Shown piece after piece: positions 47,754 through 57,200 of a stretch of DNA of 64,000 bases; position 1 is the stretch's first letter; each line of letters begins with the position of its first letter. The DNA comes from Candidatus Dormiibacterota bacterium (GTDB taxonomy: Bacteria; Chloroflexota; Dormibacteria; Aeolococcales; Aeolococcaceae). The DNA is taken from positions 64,001 to 128,000 of the forward strand of contig CAVPXI010000006.1 of the NCBI GenBank assembly GCA_963709585.1. Reading direction: 5' to 3'. The position numbers and the translations under genes are program-made. The notes under the pieces were generated by a model that was not told the DNA's origin, ran no database searches, and was given only the letters and a program-made list of their open reading frames with translations.

Positions 47754-48356
47754 GCCGCGTTGACCTCGAGGGCGGCGGCCGCTCGCTCCAGGAACAGCTG
47801 ATGCAGGCGAGGATCGTCGGTCATCTCCGGATGGAAGCACAGGCCGAGATGCGGCCCCTGGGCGACGGCCACTGGGTTGTTGCCGAAACTGGCCACAACC
47901 TCGGCGTCGGGGCCGGTGTGCTCGATCAGCGGCGCACGGATGAACACGGCGCGAAATGGCGCCACGCCGAGCAGCGAGACCGGGACATCGGCTTCGAATG
48001 ACTCAAGCTGGCGCCCGTAGCCGTTGCGGCGAACGCTGACGTCGAGGATGCCGAGTGCGATCTGGTCGGTGCGGCCGTCAAGCACCTCGCGGCTCATCAG
48101 GATCAGGCCGGCGCACGTCGAGAGCGTGGGCATGCCCGCGGCGAGCCGCTCCCGGAGGGGCATTTCGAGGTCGAAGACGCGGAGCAGCCGGCTCATCGTC
48201 GTCGAACTCGCCGCCGGGGAGGACGAGCGCGTCGACCTCGTCGAGCTCAGCCGGCGTGCGCACCGTGGACGCCTCGGCGCCGCAGCCGCGGAGTGCCATC
48301 AGGTGTTCCCGGACGTCGCCCTGGAGGGCGAGGACGCCTACCCGAAGGATGGTCAA
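47750..48356 (-). CDS. pdxT: Pyridoxal 5'-phosphate synthase glutaminase subunit (apparent frameshift at ~48206)
   Basis: [15 protein letters not shown][S]TT (restored at GAACTC 48204-48209), TCAGLI, RNGYGRQ, FIRAP and FHPE motifs. Confidence 0.9.
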
Positions 48357-48454
48357 TTCCCTCTCAGCGGACGCGACGGCTCCGTCCCTGGCGGGGCAGG
48401 CTTCGCGTCATTCGCACACCTCTAGTGTACGCCGGGCGCGAGCCGGCGGCAGCG

Positions 48455-49372
48455 TCACCAACCGCGGGTCGCGAGCAGCTCCCCGGCCGGCATCGACGCG
48501 ACGTCGAGCCCCGGCATCGCCTTGCCCAGGCCGGCGCTCACTTCGGCAATGACCTCGGGCTTGTCGAAGTACGTTGTGGCGGCAACGATCGCCTTCGCGT
48601 AGGCCTCGGGATTGGTGCTCTTGAAGATGCCGCTGCCCACGAAGTTGCCGTCGCAGCCGAGTTGCATCATCAGCGCCGCGTCAGCCGGTGTCGCGATGCC
48701 ACCTGCAGAGAAGTTGACGACCGGCAGCTTGCCCGTCCTGTGAATCTCCTGGATGAGCTCGAAGGGCGCGCCGAGATGTTTGGCCTCGGCCATCAATTCC
48801 TCCGGCCGCATCGACGCAATGCGCCGGATGCCGCCCTGCACTGCGCGCATGTGACGGACCGCCTCGACCACGTTGCCGGTCCCAGCCTCGCCCTTGGTGC
48901 GGATCATCGCCGCGCCTTCGCCGATACGCCGCAGCGCCTCGCCGAGGTCACGCGCCCCGCACACGAACGGCACATCGAACTGCCACTTGTCGATGTGGTG
49001 TTCCTCGTCCGCCGGTGTGAGCACCTCGGACTCGTCGATGTAGTCGACACCGAGAGCCTGGAGCACCTGTGCCTCGACGAAGTGGCCGATGCGGGCTTTA
49101 GCCATGACCGGAATGGTCACCGCCGCAATGATTTCCTTGATGAGACTGACGTCGCTCATGCGCGCGACCCCGCCGTCGCGGCGGATGTCCGACGGCACGC
49201 GCTCGAGGGCCATGACGGCGACCGCGCCGGCGTCCTCGGCGATCTTCGCCTGCTCGGCTGTCACGACGTCCATGATGACGCCGCCCTTCAGCATCTCTGC
49301 CAGGCCCCGCTTGACCCGCACACCGCCGGTGTGAGGCTCGTGTCCGTTGGCCGCTGTCTTATCGCTGCTCAT
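48455..49372 (-). CDS. pdxS: Pyridoxal 5'-phosphate synthase lyase subunit
   Basis: [29 protein letters not shown] and [11 protein letters not shown] motifs. Confidence 0.97.
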   Translation of the reverse strand: MSSDKTAANGHEPHTGGVRVKRGLAEMLKGGVIMDVVTAEQAKIAEDAGAVAVMALERVPSDIRRDGGVARMSDVSLIKEIIAAVTIPVMAKARIGHFVEAQVLQALGVDYIDESEVLTPADEEHHIDKWQFDVPFVCGARDLGEALRRIGEGAAMIRTKGEAGTGNVVEAVRHMRAVQGGIRRIASMRPEELMAEAKHLGAPFELIQEIHRTGKLPVVNFSAGGIATPADAALMMQLGCDGNFVGSGIFKSTNPEAYAKAIVAATTYFDKPEVIAEVSAGLGKAMPGLDVASMPAGELLATRGW

Positions 49373-49417
49373 GTTCTCGCTCCTCGTCCGGCTCGCTCTG
49401 CCGGGAACGAGTTCATT

Positions 49418-50008
49418 CTAAGCGCTTCGTGGCGAGTTCTTCGCCTTCGATGCTGTTCGTGCTGCGGGCTTTGTTGCAGGTTTTGTGCTGCTTTTCGCAA
49501 CCGTAGGCGCGGTCTTTGTGGCAGGTTTCGTGGTGGCCTTTGGGTCCGGTTTCACCACCGATCGCCGAGGGCCCAGCTTCTCGGTGTGAAGCTTGAGTGT
49601 CTCGACAGATCGCTGCAGGTTGCCGCGCACGATTGGTTCGGCAGCGCGACCGAGCAGCTTTCCGGCGATCCCACCGCCGAACTCGTACTCCATGTCGAAG
49701 GTCACCTTGGTCTTCTCGCCCTTGGGCAGGAACGCCCACAAGCCGATCTGCTTGAAGCCTTCGTTGGAGTGCCAGCCGATCGCCGTGTTCTCAGACCAAG
49801 TGGTGATGTCTACCACCGATGTCAGCGTCGTCGGTCCGGCTTTCATACCGACCGCAAACTGCGCACCTTTGCCGTGGGTGACCTTGCCCGTCGGCTGCCA
49901 CTTCACCAGGTCCTTCATGTACTTCGTGGTGTTGCGATAGTCGTCGACGTACGCGAACACCGTGGCCACCGGAGCATTGATGGTCATGTCGATGGTGATG
50001 CGACCCAT
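49418..50008 (-). CDS. SRPBCC (START-like) protein with Lys/Ala/Thr/Pro-rich tail
   Basis: I.APV..VFAYV.D, TKVTF.MEY and C-terminal helix; tail with KPATK repeats. Confidence 0.8.
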   Translation of the reverse strand: MGRITIDMTINAPVATVFAYVDDYRNTTKYMKDLVKWQPTGKVTHGKGAQFAVGMKAGPTTLTSVVDITTWSENTAIGWHSNEGFKQIGLWAFLPKGEKTKVTFDMEYEFGGGIAGKLLGRAAEPIVRGNLQRSVETLKLHTEKLGPRRSVVKPDPKATTKPATKTAPTVAKSSTKPATKPAARTASKAKNSPRSA

Positions 50009-50128
50009 ATACCTGGACTCCTGGCGCGGCGGCACCGCGCGATTGCCTCAGTATGCGAGTCCGGACGGAGCCATGCGAGGGGCCGTCAGGGGCCCGCTGA
50101 GGCGGGTGGTATCATCCGGGCCGGGCGC

Positions 50129-50203
50129 CGGGAAGTAGCTCAGCCAGGTTAGAGTGCACGGTTCGGGACCGTGAGGTCGGGAGTTCGAATCTCCCCTTCC
50201 CGA
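50129..50203 (+). tRNA. tRNA-Pro(CGG)
   Basis: Acceptor CGGGAAG/CTTCCCG; anticodon arm CACGG-TTCGGGA-CCGTG; T arm GGGAG-TTCGAAT-CTCCC; no encoded CCA. Confidence 0.95.
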
Positions 50204-50234
50204 CGGTTTCGCAACCTCGGCATCGCCTTTCCCG

Positions 50235-50606
50235 TCAGCGCGGAACCGGGTACAACACGTCGGCCCACTGTTCGCCGCTCAGGTCGAGATCCAGATGGCG
50301 GAACGGACCGACGCCGCGCTGAATGAACCGAAGCTGTGCCGGCATGCGATCGATGAGACGCGCATCGATCAAGACCTCGCGACCGCGCAGCAATCCGAGC
50401 GCGACCCAGGACGCACCACTGGTGTCCGGTTGGGACGCGGTGGTGTCGACGCGAATACGCACATCGCAAACGCGAGCTCCGGAACAGCAGGCTCGTGACG
50501 ACATGTAGGCGATGAACAAACGTGAAGCCTGAGGGTGCTCATCGAGCCATTGCCGCGCGTGGTCGTCGACGTGCAGATCGAAGCGGTTGCGGATGGTCGC
50601 TCCCAT
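50235..50606 (-). CDS. Small CC-motif protein (HesB-like/CC-Se family resemblance)
   Basis: RACCSG...C followed by a G..VLID..L...L.F..RG.GPF..L pattern; start approximate. Confidence 0.55.
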   Translation of the reverse strand: MGATIRNRFDLHVDDHARQWLDEHPQASRLFIAYMSSRACCSGARVCDVRIRVDTTASQPDTSGASWVALGLLRGREVLIDARLIDRMPAQLRFIQRGVGPFRHLDLDLSGEQWADVLYPVPR

Positions 50607-50626
50607 CAGGCCAATGAGTATGGCGC

Positions 50627-51240
50627 TCACGCGCTGCAGACGGAGCGGTTGAGCCAGCCCGTGGCGTAGACGTCGCCGCCGGTCGGATCCGTACCCGTGC
50701 AATAGATGTCGTCGACCAGCAGCCGGCTGCCCTGGAGGATCACCACGAGGTCGTACTTGTCCATGATCGTGCCTGGACCGAATCCCAATGTCACGTGGGC
50801 GACACCGCCAGTCGCCGATGGCGTCGCGGTCACCAATTCGGTTGTCCATGCAGGATCCTGGCCGCCTCCGACCGGGTCCGGCGCACTCGTCACGTCGTTG
50901 ACATCATGCTTCAGTTGCGCGACCAGTCTCGAGGTCAGCGGGCACGACGCGAAGATGTCGGGTCCAGACGAGCCGGCATCGCAGGTCGTGAACATGGCGG
51001 TACCGATGCACTTTGCAGGCGTGCAGGCCGGATAGACCATGGATGCGATCGTGCTGAGCTGTTCGGCGGTTGCAGCGGACGTTGCCGGGGCCGGTGTTGG
51101 AGTTGCCGTTGCGGAGAAGGTGGGCGATACGGTGACGGTGCTCGTTGCGTGAGCTGTCGGTGTAGCCGATGACCCGCACGACACGAGCAGCGCGGCCGCC
51201 AGCATCGGCGCGCTCCGGGCGAATCTCGTGAGCCATATCA
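50627..51240 (-). CDS. Putative Cys-rich lipoprotein
   Basis: Lipobox LVSC, Thr/Pro/Ala linker, six further Cys, LLVDDIYC (NTF2-like end). Confidence 0.7.
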
Positions 51241-51292
51241 CGTGACGTTCTCGCAGTTGAAGATGACGGCGACCAGATAGCATAAAGATTAC

Positions 51293-51367
51293 GGCCCCGT
51301 AGCTCAGTGGATAGAGCAGAGGTTTCCTAAACCTTGTGCGCAGGTTCGATTCCTGCCGGGGCTACCA
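51293..51367 (+). tRNA. tRNA-Arg(CCT)
   Basis: Acceptor GGCCCCG/CGGGGCT-ACCA; anticodon arm GAGGT-TTCCTAA-ACCTT; T arm GCAGG-TTCGATT-CCTGC. Confidence 0.95.
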
Positions 51368-51617
51368 ACGTGATCTCGCGGGTCATCGAGGCCACCCGTC
51401 TCACGTCATGGTGGCCGGACGGAGGCGTCCCCAGGGCTGGGGTGGCGGGCGATGGGGTGCGCACCCGGGTCATCGCCGCTGTCCTCGAGGTCGTGGCGAA
51501 GAGGTCGTGGCGAAGCTGAAGGATCTCGGCCTGGATGTCGATCGGCGCCACGCCCCGAAGTGTTATTGCCGCAAATGGCTATAACCCCAGAGGGAACCAC
51601 AATTGTCCGTGCTGTAG

Positions 51618-51638
51618 CGAACAGGTGTTTGGTACAAT
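51618..51638 (+). promoter_or_regulatory. LexA (SOS) box abutting an extended -10 promoter
   Basis: CGAAC-AGGT-GTTTG (51618-51631), then TGG-TACAAT (hexamer at 51633-51638), with ATG 6 nt later. Confidence 0.7.
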
Positions 51639-51644
51639 GTAGCC

Positions 51645-52856
51645 ATGGAAGCGTTCGCCATACCGGATGCGCGAGACCGTGTGCATGACGCTGTCGATGC
51701 ACTCGTCGACGAGTTCCATCGACGATGTCTCGACACACGCTCTGGCCGAGGACCTGATCGACATCCGGCGGTCAATCGATCAACTCGAAGCGGAGTTCAT
51801 CCGTCGCTTGCACCGCTTTCATCACGCTGGCGGAGCGCTGGCCGACGGCGGGGTGAGCACGGTGTCCTGGCTGCGAGCTCGTTGCGGCATGACGGTGAAG
51901 GCGGCCGCGTATCGCGTGCACCTGGCACTGACCCTGGGCGAGCTGCCGGCCACCCTCGACAGCGCCCGTGCCGGTCGCGCCTCCTTCAGCAACGTGACCA
52001 TGATCGCCCACCTCGCCGAGGATGTCGGCGTGGAGCAGGTGGCGCCGCTCGAGAGCATCCTGGTGGGAGCGGCCGAGACGCTCGAGCCCGGTGCCATGCG
52101 CACCCTCACCCAGGCCACCCGGCTGCGGCTCGACCCCGATGGCGTGCTCGCCGATGACAACCACGCCCACGAGCGCCGCTGGTTCGAGTGCGACCAGACC
52201 TATGGCGGCGTGTTCGTCCTGCGTGGTGAGCTCGATGCCGAAGGCGGTGCGCTGGTGAAGACCGCGATCGATGCGCTCAGTCACGGTATGAGCCGTGGAG
52301 AGACGCGGACGGGGTCGCAGCGCCGTGCCGACGCGCTGGTCGATCTTGCCGCCACCCAGCTGCGCTGCGGTGACCACCGCGACGTGCACGGGCAGCGGCC
52401 GCATCTCACGGTACGGTGAGTGCGGAGACGCTGCGCTCTGGGGCCGATGCACAGCCTGCCGAGTTGAGCGGCGTAGGTCCGATCCACCCGGAGACCGCGC
52501 GCCGCATCGCCTGTGACGCGGTGCGAACGCTGGTGACGGTTGCGCCGCCTGCTGATGGTTTGGCCTGGACGGCCGGGAGTACGAGTGTGAGGCCGCTCTC
52601 GGTCGGCCGGGCCACACGCACGATCCCCGCACACATCCGCACCGCGCTGAACCTCCGCGACCAGGGCTGCCGCTTCCCGGGGTGCGACCGCCCGCCGGCG
52701 TGGACCGATGGACACCACATCATTTACTGGCCGGACGGTCCAACCGAGGTCGACAATCTGGTCTCCCTCTGCCGGCCGCACCACCGCGCGGTGCACGAGC
52801 AGGGTTGGCGCATCCACATCGCTGACGGAATTGCCGTCGTGGATCCGCCACCCTGA
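51645..52856 (+). CDS. DUF222 (13E12-repeat family) HNH endonuclease (two apparent frameshifts, ~51713 and ~52413)
   Basis: STVSWLR..C, G.LDAEGG, RT.SQRRADAL, RPHL.V, GPI..ETARRIACDA and RDQGCRFPGC..P...DGHH...NL..LC..HH motifs. Confidence 0.85.
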
Positions 52857-52946
52857 CGACGTGTCCTCACGCCGTAGCGCTACCCCAACTACGCGGCTGC
52901 TGCTAGGTGGCCACCATCTCCTGCGAGCCCAGCCGAAGAGCGGCCA

Positions 52947-53594
52947 CTATTTGGCTTGAATTCCACTCACTCCCGGGGCTACCAACGTCGTGTACGCGAG
53001 CGCGCCGCCGAATCCGATCAAGCCGGTACCGGCGACGCCATCGGTGACGCGGATTGCCCGCCGTCCCATCGATCGACGCGCGCGTGCAACCCCGGTTGCG
53101 AGCATGGTGACCCACGTCAGACTGCCGATCGCAACGCCGGCGACCAGGAGCACCGCAGCTCCCGTCGTTCGCACCAGTCCGGCAGCGCTCGTCGCGGCAA
53201 AGATGGCGCCCCAGGACACGATGGTTGAGGGGTTGGATGCAGTCCCGCCCAGCGCGGTGATGAAAGCACGCTTCGGACTCGACACCTCGAACGGTGTCTC
53301 CCCGCCGATGCGCACGCGTAGCGCGCTGTAGAGCGTCCGCGCACCGAGCCACACGAGCACGATCGCACCAACCAGGCCGAGCACGAGACGCACGGGGTGG
53401 ATGGCGAGAAGTGGCGTGGCGCCGCCGGCGCCCGCGGCCGCGTAGAGGCCGTCAACCGCGGCGATGCCCGCACCGATTGCGGCACCGACTTTCCATCCGC
53501 TGCGCAGCGTAGACCTGATCAGAAACAGCGACATCGGACCGAGTTGGAGCGCGACGAAGAACCCCAATCCAAGGCCGATGATGGCGGCGTTCAT
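52947..53594 (-). CDS. LysE family translocator
   Basis: GP..L...R..L..G, G.A.VD, LVWLG and NPSTI motifs; multi-TM. Confidence 0.85.
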   Translation of the reverse strand: MNAAIIGLGLGFFVALQLGPMSLFLIRSTLRSGWKVGAAIGAGIAAVDGLYAAAGAGGATPLLAIHPVRLVLGLVGAIVLVWLGARTLYSALRVRIGGETPFEVSSPKRAFITALGGTASNPSTIVSWGAIFAATSAAGLVRTTGAAVLLVAGVAIGSLTWVTMLATGVARARRSMGRRAIRVTDGVAGTGLIGFGGALAYTTLVAPGVSGIQAK

Positions 53595-53635
53595 GACTCA
53601 GAACTCTAATGGGAGTCGAGTGGTCACCTTCCGGA

Positions 53636-54199
53636 TCACGACACGCCCGGTGCCTCAACCGATCCGATTCGCTTCCAGTAGATCAGCGTCCCGGTCAATC
53701 CGCCGTGGGGCTTGAACGCATAATCGGGAATCTCGCCGGTCAGTGTGAATCCCAGCCGCTCATAGAGCGTCGCGGCGCCGCCCTCCACCGCAGTGTCGAG
53801 CACCAGCAGCGAACGCTCCCGCTCGGCAGCGACCGTCTCGAGGGCCAGCATCAGCGATGTTGCGATTCCCAGGCCTCGATGGCTCGGACGGGTCATCAGC
53901 TTGGCGACCTCGGCGCGATGCGGCTGGTTTGGCGGAAAGTCGAGCAGGAGCGTCGCCGTCCCGACCAGGACAGTGCCGTCCCAGGCCCCGAGAACGACTC
54001 GTTCGCCGCGGGCGGCGGCGCCCAGCGCATGGTCCCAGTAGGCGTCAGCCGCCGCCGGGGCCAGCGGGTGCATGAAGCTCACCGAACCGCCATTCGCGAC
54101 CACCTCGATGAGGATCTCACTCAACGATGCGCGCGTTGTCGGCGACGGCTCCAACCGGGTGATCACGATATCCGCCACGACCGTGGAGTCTGCCCGCAC
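53636..54199 (-). CDS. GNAT N-acetyltransferase
   Basis: GGSVSFM.PL, PNQPHRAEVAKL, HRGLGIA, LLVLDT, LYERLGF and GEIPDYA motifs. Confidence 0.9.
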   Translation of the reverse strand: MRADSTVVADIVITRLEPSPTTRASLSEILIEVVANGGSVSFMHPLAPAAADAYWDHALGAAARGERVVLGAWDGTVLVGTATLLLDFPPNQPHRAEVAKLMTRPSHRGLGIATSLMLALETVAAERERSLLVLDTAVEGGAATLYERLGFTLTGEIPDYAFKPHGGLTGTLIYWKRIGSVEAPGVS

Positions 54200-54230
54200 G
54201 CGGATACTTCTCGCACCGGCCGAGGACTCG

Positions 54231-55258
54231 CTAGATCGCTCCCGACGCGACCGCTTGCTCGATCCACGGAATGACGTTGTCGAGCATCTGATCGAGCGTG
54301 GTCGTTGCCTCGAAGCCGAGCACCCGCCTCGCCTTCTCCACCGACGGGATCCTCCGCTGGACGTCGTGTTCGAAGGGCGGGTCGCTGACGTAGCGGAAGG
54401 GCACGCCGTCGCCTTTGATCCTGTGCCAGATCTTCTCCGCCAGGGTGAGCACGGTCGTCGACTCGACCGTGGAGAGGTTGAAGTCGTCGTTGAGCGCCGC
54501 GGGGCTGTCCATCGCGGTGACGATTCCTTTGGCGAGATCGCCCGCGTATGTGTAGTGCCTGACCTGCGTCCCGTTCCCGAGGATATGCAATGGGTCCTGC
54601 CCCTTGATGACCTTTTGCACGAGGTCGGGCACGACGTGAACTCATCGCCAGCTTGACGTTGCCGCTGAGGATCTCCACGTCGCCGAGGGCGCGGCCCTCA
54701 CCGACACCAACGCAGTTGAACGGCCGGACGATTGTGTACGGCAGGCCGTGCTGGCTACGTGCGGCTCGGGCGAAGTACTCGACCGCGAGCTTCTGAAAAC
54801 CGTAGGACGATCTCGGAGGTGGGATCTCGAGTTCCTGACCCTCGGACGACGGCCAGGACGTGGCCGACTCGAACACCATCGATGAGCTGAGGTAGGTCAC
54901 CTTGCTCAGCGTCCCGTCGCGATGCGCTCGGATGGCCGCGTCGCAGGTGGCGGCGAGGATCCGTTCATTGGTCGCCAGCAGATCGTATGCGTATGTATGG
55001 AAATACGAGATGCCGCCGATCATCGCCGCGCCTGCGATCAGCTGGTCACAGCCGGCGAGCGCGTCGGTCATCAGGGCCGCGTCGCGCGCGTCGCCGCGGA
55101 TGAGCCGGTAGCGCGGATGGCTGTCGAACGATCGGACGACCTGACCGTATTTCGAACTCGTTGTCGACACCGACCACCTCATAGCCTTGTGTCAGCAACT
55201 CCTCAACCACGTACCCGCCGATGAAGCCGGCAGACCCGGTGACCAGGACTCGGGTCAC
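54231..55258 (-). CDS. NAD-dependent epimerase/dehydratase (two apparent frameshifts, ~55156 and ~54640)
   Basis: VLVTGSAGFIG, SSSMVF, YGFQK and RPFN motifs; both breaks lie at GAACTC and repair to GVDNESKYG and AMSHVVPDL. Confidence 0.85.
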
Positions 55259-55998
55259 GCGCCTTCTCCGGGACGGCGGCCGGATGCGCTGCGGTCTCGT
55301 CGAGTGAGGCCGAGCGCATAGAGGTACCAATGCAGGTACCGGGGAATCCACGCCTTGACCTTGAAATTGGATGTGCCGTCGGCACGGTCGAGCCAGATGG
55401 TCGGCAACTCCGCCACCGGCAGGCCGAGGCGCCGCGCTTTTGCCACCAGCTCGATCCCAAGCTCGAAGCCGGCATCGGAGTCGATGCCCACACGATCCAC
55501 GAACGCTCGCGAATATGCCTTGAAGGAGTTGGTCGCATCGTGTGTTCCCACGTGCGCGATGAGATTCAGCGAGACGCCGGCCAGGCGCGAGACGTGGCCT
55601 TTCACCCAGGGGCCACCCACCTGCTGACCGCCGCGCATGTATCGGGACGCACAGGCGACGACGACGCCGCGCTCCACGAGCCTGGTGAGTTGATCGATCT
55701 GCATCGGGTCATCACTGCCATCGGCCATGGTCACGACCACCACGTCGGCGGTAGCCTGTCCGATCCCGAAGCGCAGAGCGTTCGCCGGCCCACGTCCGAG
55801 CGTGTTGAGCACGGGCCTGAGGCGTGGCTCTCGCTGCACATACGTGTCGAGAAACGGAACCGTCGTGTCCTCGAGTGTGTCGTAGACGACGAGCACCTCC
55901 GCCGGCAGTGTGATCGCCTCAAAGATGCGTTCGAGAAACGGGACGACGGCAGCGCCCTCGTTGTATGCGGGTATCACAACGCTGACGCGTGGCTTCAC
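55255..55998 (-). CDS. GT2 glycosyltransferase (polyprenol-phosphate sugar synthase-like)
   Basis: VSVVIPAYNE, MADGS, ASRY..GG, DATNSFKAY, GFE..IEL and R..G.S motifs. Confidence 0.9.
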   Translation of the reverse strand: MKPRVSVVIPAYNEGAAVVPFLERIFEAITLPAEVLVVYDTLEDTTVPFLDTYVQREPRLRPVLNTLGRGPANALRFGIGQATADVVVVTMADGSDDPMQIDQLTRLVERGVVVACASRYMRGGQQVGGPWVKGHVSRLAGVSLNLIAHVGTHDATNSFKAYSRAFVDRVGIDSDAGFELGIELVAKARRLGLPVAELPTIWLDRADGTSNFKVKAWIPRYLHWYLYALGLTRRDRSASGRRPGEGA

Positions 55999-57188
55999 AC
56001 TCTGACCCCGTTGCCAAGGAGGTTGGTGATGTCGACCACCGGTTTCGTGGTGCGCAGGCCCGCGTATTCCCGGTGCGGGGCGGCGATGATCAGCAGATCG
56101 GACTCCGCGACCACGGCGTCGAAGGGCACGATGTCGGGATCGCCGACGACATACGGGTCGGTGCAGAGCACGCGCGCAGCCTTGCCGGTGAGGATGCGCT
56201 TCAGCTTGTAGCTCAGGCTGGAGCGGGTGTCGTCCGACTCGGCTTTGAATGCCATGCCCAGGAGACCAACGGTCAACGTCGTCAGGTCGAAGCGCTGCTC
56301 GAGCTTTCCCAAGACGTAGAGCGGCACTCCCTCGTTGACCATCACCGCAGCGTGACCAAGGGTGAAACGGTTCTCAGCGAACGCGGTGATCTGCATCGTG
56401 TCCTTGAGAAGACAGGGACCGGCGGTGAGCCCGGCCCCGGGAAGATCGGCGGCGCGTGGATAGTGAAAGGTCACCGCGCTGCGAATCCGCTCGTAGTCGA
56501 GCCCGTTGTCGTTAGCGATCATGTACAGCTGGTTGGCGACCGCGAACTTGAGATAGCGCCAGCTGTTGGTGAACAGCTTGGCGAGCTCGGCCTCCTCCGG
56601 TTCGAGCTCGACGATCTCCGGCGTCAGCCGCCGGAACAGCGCGTCGGCGCGCTGGACGGCCCTTGGAGTCGTGCCCGAGATGATCTGCGGGAGCGTGTGG
56701 AGCTCCACGAGCGCGTAGCCCTCCGCGATTCGCTCGGGACAGAAGCTGACATCGATGTCGCGCCCCAGCCTTCCGATCAGCCGCGCCACGCGCTCGGTCA
56801 CGCCCGGATACACGGTGCTGCGCAGCACCACGAGATGGCCGTCGACGAGGTGGTCGGTGAGCGGTGTGATCACTCGCGCGACCGCCTCGACATCCGGGCT
56901 CAGATACCGATCGACCGGCGTACCCACCACCACGACGATGTGCTCGCTCCGGTCGATCACCGCCGCGTCGGTGGTCGCGCGCAGCCGTCCAGCGGCGAGT
57001 ACACGGGTAAGCACCGGCGGCGCCCCCGCCTCCGCAAATGGCATCGTTCCAGCGTTGACGACGTCGACGACCGCGGCATTGGTGTCGAACAGGACCACGT
57101 CGAGCCCGCTGTCGGCGAAGGCGAGACCCAGGGGCAGACCCACGTGCCCGCATCCCCCGACAACGACGACGTCGTGCTCGAACTGCAT
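55995..57188 (-). CDS. UDP-glucose/GDP-mannose/UDP-ManNAc dehydrogenase family
   Basis: GGCGHVGLP, VGTP, LRSTVYPG, PERIAEG, AELAKL, GPCLLKD and GMAFKAESDD.R.S motifs. Confidence 0.92.
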   Translation of the reverse strand: MQFEHDVVVVGGCGHVGLPLGLAFADSGLDVVLFDTNAAVVDVVNAGTMPFAEAGAPPVLTRVLAAGRLRATTDAAVIDRSEHIVVVVGTPVDRYLSPDVEAVARVITPLTDHLVDGHLVVLRSTVYPGVTERVARLIGRLGRDIDVSFCPERIAEGYALVELHTLPQIISGTTPRAVQRADALFRRLTPEIVELEPEEAELAKLFTNSWRYLKFAVANQLYMIANDNGLDYERIRSAVTFHYPRAADLPGAGLTAGPCLLKDTMQITAFAENRFTLGHAAVMVNEGVPLYVLGKLEQRFDLTTLTVGLLGMAFKAESDDTRSSLSYKLKRILTGKAARVLCTDPYVVGDPDIVPFDAVVAESDLLIIAAPHREYAGLRTTKPVVDITNLLGNGVRV

Positions 57189-57200
57189 CGGTCTTCCCAT

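Larger units (their letters stand above)
51356..52988. mobile_element. 1.6-kb genomic islet at tRNA-Arg bounded by 16-bp direct repeats (att-like)
   Basis: CCGGGGCTACCAACGT at 51356-51371 (tRNA 3' end) and again at 52973-52988; cargo is a DUF222-HNH gene; no integrase. Confidence 0.7.

Noticed and set aside
50190-50240. att-like duplication of the tRNA-Pro 3' end
   Set aside because: Only a short imperfect match (CCTTTCCCGTC), compatible with chance.
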